Assembly (NCBI GenBank): GCA_030141605.1
Contig: JAQGDQ010001298.1
Coordinates: forward strand, 1-48,854
Direction: 5' to 3'
Origin: Tubiluchus corallicola
Lineage: Eukaryota; Animalia; Priapulida
Length of the DNA stretch: 48,854 nucleotides
The translations under genes and the position numbers were made by a program. The notes beneath the pieces were generated by a model. That model had not been told where the DNA came from, did not search any database, and was given only the letters and a program-made list of their open reading frames with translations. Of the stretch, positions 39,382 to 48,854 are shown in pieces. Numbering within the stretch: the stretch's first letter is position 1; each line of letters begins with the position of its first letter.

Positions 39382-40889
39382 TTTTATAGGGTAGATTTTT
39401 TGAGCTACAGTTTAAGACTGGCTAACAAATGTGCAGAGCTTGACATAGTCGGTCTAAACCTGTTTACGGTAATCTCACAGTTTTAGGCAAGAAAGCACGA
39501 CGTTTCTTCTTCAACGATATCAAATGCTTAATATGGATCACAGGAACTAATTTCACAGTTGTGTATCACAACACTTGGCGACCATTGTTACAGCTGATTT
39601 TAAACAAAATCTGACAAGTAGGTTTTGCTCGCTGTCACAATGACTAAGCGAAAATACTAATAAATTAAGAGGCAAAATACTTTGTTTGAATATTTCACTT
39701 CAGGTTCTTCATTTTTAACTATGGTAACTACAATAACTTATCTTTCTCTAAGTTTGCTATCGATTTCTGTTGTCTAGACAGTTTTTAGCAAACTATAACT
39801 GCACTTCTACATTTAGGGGGTGGGCTCAATGAGCCTGGGATCCCCCCTTTCACAGTAGTAGTGAAAATTATGAGTCACAAGTTTGAGGTGAGTATTAAAC
39901 TAGTGAACTTGTCTGAGGAAAGGGCTTCTAGCAACAGCAAAATGGTCTAAAATGCAGTAAAATGTAAGTGTGGTGGAGAGTTCTGCTGTTTAGCTGTGTC
40001 CGGTGGGAAAAATTACCAAGCACGCAAACTTATTAAATTGTATGAACAGTGGGGGGGGGGTGAAAACTTAACTCTCTCAGATCAGTTTTATGCTTGACTA
40101 TTCACATTTTGCTGGATAGATAATCTTGACACTAAATAAATTAAGCTTAAGCTAATGGGTCATCCGCATTGCAGTGTAGTACGAACTTGCTTTTAAGATA
40201 TATGACTACTACAATACAATACAATGAGTATTACCTAGGTAAATGTAGATAAAATATACTTATTAAAACAGAATTTTTCACGTTTGAAGAAGTTTGTGTA
40301 CCAGAATTTAGATCTCATTTGAAGCCTCATGTCATGGATTCCTGTGATTGAGTTCTACTCTGCTGTTAGATCTTTCATTCTCAGTATTGCAAACTAGTTT
40401 ATTCCTGTTCCTACAACCTTTGCAAATCAACCTAGAGTCGTTCAATTAGGTTAACCTTGAATTATTTATACGGGCTTCATTCTAAAGTTATAAATTCCTT
40501 CGTCACCCTTGTACAGGTGACCATTTGACGCTTGCTATTCTTACAAGCAAACGTCATATGATTCGCCTAATTCGTTAGGTTATTTTTTCCTCTTTTCAAT
40601 AGTTTTTTTTTATAGTTATGTGATGATTTGCACGTTATATATCTAGGATTGGTACTCTGTGTTTATTGGATTAACTATGAGATAAACTGGAGGAGTTTAC
40701 AGCACTCCCATTTTATAATCGTCAGACCCCCTAACTGCTTGTGCATCAGATTTTTTAAACTCTAGCGGTGCCCGAGTGGTGCCACCTACTGACAGAATGC
40801 AGAAATTCTTGAACAAAATAGTTTGAAACTCGTACAAACAAGCTGTGCTAGTGAAAAAAGAGTGAAAAAATCACAATGCAAAACAGAAA

Positions 40890-41810
40890 TACAGGTTTTA
40901 CATGTCAAATGTAGACCTGCGTTAACTCAAATGTAGATTAAGGTAATTCAAATGTGTCTTGGTAACTCAAATGTAGACTTAGGTAGTTCAAATGTGTTAA
41001 CAATGCTTTTCAACAAATCTTAAGCGCTTTTGGTAAGTCAAATGTAGACACATGTCAAGTCAAATGTGACATTGGTATCTCAAATGTGGGATAGGTGTTG
41101 AAGTTTAAGGATGTTAAATTTAATCTCCTTTAATTTCAATTTAATAATTGCTGTGAAAATTATAACTTTATAGGTCTACTAATAGTTCACTAATATTCTG
41201 TAAACTTTACATACCATTGGAACTGTTAGAGAAAACAATACATTCTTAAAATAAGTAATGTTTCTTGAGAGAAACTAATTCATTAATGCAGTACTACTGC
41301 ATTACTTAAAAAACTAATTAGTGATTCACTGTTTATTGGGAAGTGGGAACCGATTTATTCTTTTCTACCAACGTTATGGTTTATCAAAGAATTTAGTTTG
41401 AGGATAAACAACGCATTTTTCAAAGTTATTTGAATTTGAATTTGGTTTTATCTTTTCATCAAAATTCCTATGTCTACATTTGACTTACCTAAGTCACATT
41501 TGAGTTACCAAAACACATTCGAAATTCCTATGTCTACATTTGACTTACCTAAGTCACATTTGAACTTTCCTGTGTCTACATTTGACTTACCTAAGTCACA
41601 TTTGAACTTTCCTGTGTCTACATTTGACTTACCTAAGTCACATTTGAACTTTCCTGTGTCTACATTTGACTTATCTAAGTCACATTTGAACTTTCCTGTG
41701 TCTACATTTGACTTACCTAAGTCACATTTGAACTTTCCTGTGTCTACATTTGACTTATCTAAGTCACATTTGAACTTTCCTGTGTCTACATTTGACGTGT
41801 AAAACCTATA
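40890..41810. mobile_element. MITE family A, copy 3, with an expanded 42-bp subterminal tandem array (41470-41800)
   Basis: Same TIRs. Unit tgtctacatttgacttacctaagtcacatttgaactttcctg repeated ~7 times. Confidence 0.85.
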
Positions 41811-43625
41811 GAACATTAAATGAACATGCAAAACGTGCAGCAAAACGTTCGTCGCTGATGTTCATTCGACAAGTTCATGTTCAGGTTCACCCTCGTGCAC
41901 AGAGTTCCAATTATACATGACCGTCCACGTCGTGCCGTCCGAGAGCACCATGACCGGTCCACGATGACCACCGTCCAGCCAGCTCTAGAACACACAGAAT
42001 AACAAGAACATGCAATCGTGCAAGTCATGCAAAAATGTACACGTCAAGTACAGACATAATCATGCTTAGAAGTTTTATTCCCCCCGTTTTTAAATACAAC
42101 TCAGCAGGCTGCAAGATGGTAATCAACATCAAGGTCTAACTGTTTGCATGGGTAGCTGTGGCCGGACTGGAATCTTGCTTGTTATCAAAGATAATCCTCT
42201 GAGAAGAGACGTAAAACCAGCAGAAGTATCTACACCATGCTTGTCTGACAACTTCCTCACTAAGGAAAATAGACCCGAGGCAATATGACAAATTTAAACC
42301 ACTCAGGAATGATCTTTCTGGTTTTAAATCATCCATTCACAAACTGGGGCCTAGAAATGCTTAACGGACAAGAAAAGGGGTAATTAAGAAATTACATTAC
42401 TTTACAGCAATTTTATGCGTACGTCGTAGTCGCGCTGAAAGGAATTTTTGTTTGTTTTCATTTTAAATCTCCAGCAAAACTGTTCCATTGCATGACGTCA
42501 CCTAGGCAAACGTAAATCGGTGGAAGAAAAGGCAAGGTTACATTATGTCCCAAAAAAATTTCCATGCAAATCTATATTACACAGCATTCTGCTTGGAAAG
42601 ACTTATGTAACTAGAAAAGAAAATTTTTAATTATTTAAAATGCTTTCACTGTTTGGTAAAATGTCACTGACTCACCCTCCAGGGGGCACCACTCCCTAAC
42701 CAAAAACGCATTTTTAATCTTATTGACAAGATACAGTAACTTAAAATTTTACTTAGTGACTTGTGCGCTACGAATGCTCTGATTTTTTCAAACTTTACTT
42801 AATGTTATCTAAACTTGATTCAATGACGTGTGGTCAAAATGGCTGCGCTAACGGTCATCGCGGGAGTTTAAGTTTACATGTTTTATACAACGTAATTATG
42901 GACGCAAGTCTAATATGCAAAAATTCAGTATGTAAGTAAGTGGTATAAAATTTCAAGACGAATTTTCTTTGCTTTATGTAAGTTGAAGGTTTCTTGTGCT
43001 TTAACTGTGCAAGCCGGGCACACACAGTGACTAGTCAGCAATTCCAACTGTCCCAAAGGGAAACTAATTGTGAAATGAGGCATGAAAAGGAGCTAAACGG
43101 GAAAGAAGCGGGATAACGTAGGATTTCACATACACTGACCAAGAAAGTTGGTCTTAAAAATTGTTATGGAGATTCTGATGGAAAGCTAAAAGTAAAGAAA
43201 CAAAATTAGAAAGAAATAATATCATAAAACAAACAAGTTACACACTAAATAACATCAACAAAGCGGCATGCAAAACACATTAATAAGTGCTGTATAGACA
43301 TCTGTGTTACGTGTTCACATTTGTCTGTCAACTGCTACATTTAAAAACTACAGACTGCACGTCAACGGCAACGGCAACGCAGAAAAGTAGTGGCTGATTA
43401 GTATTGTACAGTCTACATTAAATAATGGCGCATCAAACGACGGCGCATTAAATAATGGCGCATCAAACAATGATGCATTAAATAATGGCACATCAAACAA
43501 TGCTGCATCATATTCGTAAAGCCACTAAACTGTGAACAACAACTTCAGCTAAGTATACAGCACTTTACAGACAAATGTTCACACACAAACCAGTACCTGA
43601 GTTATTATACGTTAGTTAGCTGGTG

Positions 43626-43652
43626 TCATGCCCATATACCATCATCTTCTTC
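43626..43652 (-). CDS. ERC1: ELKS/ERC/CAST terminal coding exon, EEDDGIWA*
   Basis: ACACAG|GAAGAAGATGATGGTATATGGGCATGA. Phase 0 matches the previous exon. IWA is the known ERC C-terminal RIM-PDZ ligand. Confidence 0.85.
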   Translation of the reverse strand, partial: EEDDGIWA

Positions 43653-43974
43653 CTGTGTTAATACATGAATTCAGCTATTCAACTAGACTACAGTTATGCA
43701 GATTAAAATCACATAGGTTATCAACTAGAAAGTGCTACAGCGGATAAGCAATGTTAATTTTAATAACGGAAAAAACTAACCGAGGTTAGGTGGTAAATGT
43801 ACAATACATATTACAGTTTTGGCTTACATTTTAACAAATTTTCTCGGATATTTTTGTTCGCAAACAAAAATTCAAAAAAAAATCGGTGATTTCAAACCAC
43901 CTGTTACAGTTCTTCAAATATCACAGCTCACATGCTGCATTACTGACTAGAGAAGTCTGTACTACAGTGTAACT

Positions 43975-44484
43975 CAGGGGTGTGCAAATTGCGGCCCGCG
44001 GGCCACGTGCGGCCAGCGAAAAGATTTGTCAACCTAATGAAAGTGTGGCCCGCGAAGAGATTTGTCAACCTAATGAAAGTGTGGCCCGGGCGATTAATTG
44101 AGTGTATCCAGCTGAAGTCCGTGCCACGATCCCAAAGATAGTGCGGGTAGTTTTTTCTACTAGATCGGATGCCATTAACCCTTACAAGATGGTTGTAGCT
44201 TAATGTCACTGTACTACACAGACTGTGTGATACACATTACTAATATGCATTGTAATGAAATTACCACTATCTGTCTTGAAAGTAGAAATGGTTTGTAATA
44301 TAAATTTTAATAACTTCTAAAATAGTTTCTTGAGTGTAGTAGTAATGATGTACGTAGGTCGGATGCAAAAAAATCGTTATTGGGCCTTTCTGTACTTGGC
44401 TCCTTGATCAAACTGCCTGTGGCCCTCAGGAATTGCGGGAAAGTTTAATGTGGCCCGGCTAGTCAGATAATTTGCACACCCCTG
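43975..44484. mobile_element. hAT MITE family C, longest copy (intronic)
   Basis: Perfect 16-bp TIRs; TSD GTGTAACT/GTGTAAAT. Confidence 0.9.
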
Positions 44485-44825
44485 GTGTAAATGTTAAAAA
44501 TTCTTGCAAGGAAAGATCAACGTTAAACTGTTAGCTAATCGCCTATTTTAAAGTTTTTATGATCACAACAAATTTCACACAGCAAATTCTGGATTATTGG
44601 AAAATGGAATCACATTGATTTTGCGATGACGACAATTTTATTTTGCGACACGTAATTTACTTGTAAAATCAACAGCTTTCTGCCAAAAATCAATAAAATC
44701 AAAAATGTAATGACTGAGGCTCCATGGCATTATTGTAAAAAACCAAGAGTAATGTCGCAGCATAAACATTAATTTAATTCAGCATTTGCCATAAATTTGC
44801 TTGGTAAGTCTACATATACAGTTAG

Positions 44826-45346
44826 TAGGGGTGATCATCGAACGCTCGAATTCGATTCGAACGAGTTTTTTCAATTCGAACCCGATTCGAATGCAAAACT
44901 ATAGATTCGAATAATTCAGCACTTCAATCACACATGTTCTTTATCACTAAAACGATTGAAACATCATGCAATTAGCATAATTTAGCTGTGATTTCTGCGC
45001 ACAATTTTAAACAAATTACTAGTCGTTTTATTGCAGAACAAAATCTAGGGATATGGATGATCTTTGTAAGACTAATTTTTGCTGATGGTTCGAAAACTTG
45101 TTCGAAAATCTTTCGATCTCAATTCGAATTCGAAACACTGAAGTTCGGTTTGATTTTGAAACACTGAAGTTCGGTTCGAATTTGAAACACTGAAGTTCGA
45201 TTCGAATTCGAAACACTGAAGTTCGGTTTGATTTTGAAACACTGAAGTTCGATTCGAATTTGAAACACTGAAGTTCGGTTCGAATTCGAAACACTGAAGT
45301 TCGGTTCGATTCGAATTCGCTTTCCGGTAGAGAATGCTCACCCCTA
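44826..45346. mobile_element. hAT-like MITE family B, copy 2 (intronic)
   Basis: TAGGGGTGA...TCACCCCTA ends with a perfect 8-bp TSD ACAGTTAG and an internal gaaacactgaagttcg array. Confidence 0.88.
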
Positions 45347-45595
45347 ACAGTTAGTAGTTACCATGAGAGTTTCTGTACACATGACAAAGTAGTTACCATG
45401 AGAGCTTCCGTACACATGACAAAACAACCACTCATTTTCAAACGTCACGTGTTTTCCGCAAATGTTTTACGCATAGACATTTCATTCTAATGCCACAAAT
45501 GATCATCTACTTTATTAGTACAGCAAAGCCCGCCACCTACACAGCATGCTAGGGACCATAGCGAGGGTACGACGTTACAATCATAAATCTCTTAC

Positions 45596-45700
45596 CCCTT
45601 CCGGAGTCTTTGCCGCACTTTTGGCATCGCTGTTAGGCGTCGTCAGCATCTGTTTCTCGTGCTCCTTGAATTCGTTCATCAACTTCATCCCTCGCTCGGA
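45596..45700 (-). CDS. ERC1: ELKS/ERC/CAST exon SERGMKLMNEF...KTPEG
   Basis: TTTAG| acceptor and |GTAAGA donor, 105 nt, phase 0. MKLM matches the ERC RMKLM motif. Confidence 0.8.
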
Positions 45701-46062
45701 CTAAATTCAAACCAGTTTTATTAACAATCCTGCAGCGGGATGACGCTTGTTAAAAATAATTGTAGAACTAAAGAAATAATATTCGAAGAAAAATTATTTG
45801 AGTTATACTAATCAAATACTCTATATTTTTTACGTATATATTATTAATTTTTATCATTGTTTTTTAAAACTTGCAGGCCTCTCCTATCCACAAACACAAT
45901 TTCCTTTCTAGCTTTCACGTATCATCAGCTTCAGTACCAATTTTACTTCAACAATTTTCTCGCGAGCTGTGTTTGTAAAATGCATTTCGGATTGCTGTGT
46001 TTTCTATGTGTCATTGCTAGTTTATTGTCAAAAAATAAACAAATGCCATTCATTCATTTTAC

Positions 46063-46216
46063 CTCGTCCTTCAATTTCTTCATCAAATCTTCTTTCTCTC
46101 GTCGCAGCCTCTTCAAATCTTCGGTCGCCTTGGGATGCACGGGTTTCGGCGAAACCATTTCCAACAGAGCGATGTTCGCATCTTTTTCGCTTATTGCCGC
46201 ACGCAGTGCCTCCTGT
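46063..46216 (-). CDS. ERC1: ELKS/ERC/CAST exon QEALRAAISEKDANIALLEM...LKDE
   Basis: Hallmark KQEAL.AAISEKDANIALLE motif; canonical splice sites with consistent phases. Confidence 0.92.
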
Positions 46217-46489
46217 CTGTAAACATCGACACTAAATAGCATACAAGTGTTGCGTATCATGCTCAAAGATAGAGTCTTATGCATAATGGTTGATTATTTA
46301 CTGACTTATAAATATGATGCTGCATAAAGCGATGCAAAAATTGCAGTTTACACACCAGCACAGCTATTGATGTTTTTACTTTTGCAAGTTAATTTTCAAC
46401 AATTAGCAATATGCTAGACAAGAACACTCGAGGTTAAATACAACTAGGTTAAATATAACTACACTCGCCTTGACTTTCTGCCATGCTCA

Positions 46490-47250
<761 letters not shown>

Positions 47251-47830
47251 AACTATGACCTTTTCTCTAAAGGCTGTAAAGATAATAACGGTCATCCAAA
47301 ATTGTCGAATTGTAACTGTGGATTTCGATTTGAGTCTGTTGAACACTTTTTGTTGCACTGCCCATTGTATCAACTAGCTAGGGTTGTTATGTTTGATAAA
47401 TTAAATGCAATACTTCTGCCCGAAAACCTTAATATAGTTGCCTTAGGAATTAATGATCTGTTGAAGTTGTTATTATTCGGTAAAGATGAATTTAACTATG
47501 TTACTAACTGTAAAATATTCCAAAGTATACATGACTTTATATTACGTACTAAATGCTTCCAGTAGTTTCTATCTGATATGAAATGCATCAGTCTTAAATA
47601 ATCGTACATTAATATTTACTAACCGTCATTTTCTACTAATGTCTAATGTATCACTGTAGTAAAACTTTAGTATACTAAAGTATACTAAAAACTAAGTATA
47701 GTCTATTCTTACTGCAAATGTTCTTGTAAATAGTGTATAAAGTCTGTTGTGGTGAGGATCCTAAATCATGCTGTACAAACTGTCTGATCCAATCCTAAAT
47801 AAATTATGTTTAAACTAAACTAATTACAAC
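47251..47830 (+). mobile_element. 3' end of a LINE (CR1-group-like), intronic
   Basis: CNCG...ESVEHFLLHCPLY...R...LLFG...FILRTKCF* C-terminal motif, then a 3' UTR with AATAAA and an AAACT-repeat tail. Confidence 0.75.
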
Positions 47831-47919
47831 AAAACTACACATTAGAAAAACTTAAGCAGGAAACACAGAGGAGTTGACCCTACACCGTTGCTATGACAAC
47901 CACGCACTTTAACACTCAC

Positions 47920-48038
47920 TTCATTTCACTAAGTTCGGCAAGCTGCCTGTGCCTCTCCGCTTTCAGTGACATCAATCGTTCGTCTTTGTTGTTTTTTGCT
48001 TCATTTGCCTCGTCTAGCTGCTTCTGTAGCTCATCTAC
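47920..48038 (-). CDS. ERC1: ELKS/ERC/CAST exon VDELQKQ...LKAERHRQLAELSEMK
   Basis: CTTTAG| acceptor and |GTGAGT donor, phase 0 to 2. Matches the ERC L.AERRK.LEE.LEMK region. Confidence 0.88.
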
Positions 48039-48194
48039 CTAAAGTTTTTTCATTAACATGTAATCAGTGTATTAAATACTAGAATCACATAAACAGGCTG
48101 ACCTTAAAGCAATGTTTAACTTCAATGGTAGGATTACGTATTACCTTAGTGTTTGAAATCTATGATGTATGAGCTTAGCTTTATGAATCTAGGA

Positions 48195-48662
48195 CACATT
48201 ATTAGCCTAGGTTTCAAAATGTATGGCACATTAGCCTAGGTTTCAAAATGTATGGCATTAGCTTAGGTTTCAAAATGTATGACACATTAGCTTAGGTTTC
48301 AAAATCTATGACACATTAACCTAGGTTTCAAAGTGTATGACACATCAGCTTGGGTTTCAAAATGTATGACACATTAGCTTGAATTTCAAAATGTATGGCA
48401 CATTAGCTTGGGTTCCAAAATGTATGACACATTAGCTTGGGTTCCAAAATCTATGACACATTAGCTTGGGTTTCAACATCTATAACACATTAACCTAGGT
48501 TTCAAAGTGTATGGCGCATTAGCTTACATTTCAAAATGTACAGTACATTAGCCTAGGTCTCAAAACGTATGGCACATTAGCTTGGGTTTCAAAATGTATG
48601 GCACATTAGCTTGGGTTTCAAAATGTATGGCACATTAGCTTGAGTTTCAAAATGTATGGCAT
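48195..48662. repeat. 30-bp minisatellite, ~15 units, intronic
   Basis: Unit cacattagcttgggtttcaaaatgtatgg/a. Confidence 0.95.
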
Positions 48663-48701
48663 ACCTACATAATGCATAGAAACAATTTTAAAGATATTTA
48701 C

Positions 48702-48833
48702 CTTTACAATGGCTTCATTCAATTTAGCTTCTTTCTCCGCAATGGCCACCTCTCTTTCAGCAGTAATCTTAACACTTTCTCTCAGTGCCTCCTCTAGCTC
48801 TTCCACCCGCTCGTCTTTCTCTTTCATAACTTT
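48702..48833 (-). CDS. ERC1: ELKS/ERC/CAST exon KVMKEKDERVEELEEALRESVKITAERE... (gene continues beyond the window)
   Basis: Hallmark ELEEALRESV.ITAERE motif; TTCGCAG| acceptor and |GTAAAT donor. Confidence 0.92.
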
Positions 48834-48854
48834 CTGCGAAATTTAAACCACAAA

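Overview
AT-rich, repeat-dense genomic DNA from an invertebrate animal (probably a protostome; the taxon cannot be fixed from sequence). There is no sign of prokaryotic content. Host genes reconstructed by hand: (1) a tandem pair of two-exon minus-strand genes (8275-10170 and 13471-15050) encoding signal peptide + Cys cap + divergent leucine-rich repeats + LRRCT + a poly-Thr stalk encoded by an (ACA)n microsatellite, followed by a microsatellite-encoded hydrophobic segment that is in frame only in the first copy; a third, orphan LRRCT exon without the stalk lies at 17937-18100; (2) an intronless propionyl-CoA carboxylase alpha gene (PCCA, 21129-23348); (3) a three-exon Ly6/uPAR quiver/sleepless-type gene with a probable GPI signal (26725-30228); (4) the 3' exons of an ELKS/ERC/CAST gene on the minus strand, ending in the GIWA PDZ-ligand (43626-48833). 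The rest is hAT, piggyBac-like and Tc1/mariner-like MITEs (several with intact TSDs), a tRNA-SINE, a 5S rRNA-headed retroelement fragment, LINE 3' ends, LTR-like repeats, minisatellites and microsatellites. Most entries in the ORF track are microsatellite artefacts. The best candidate for an undescribed system is the diversifying LRR-mucin receptor cluster, whose stalk and membrane anchor are built from microsatellites.
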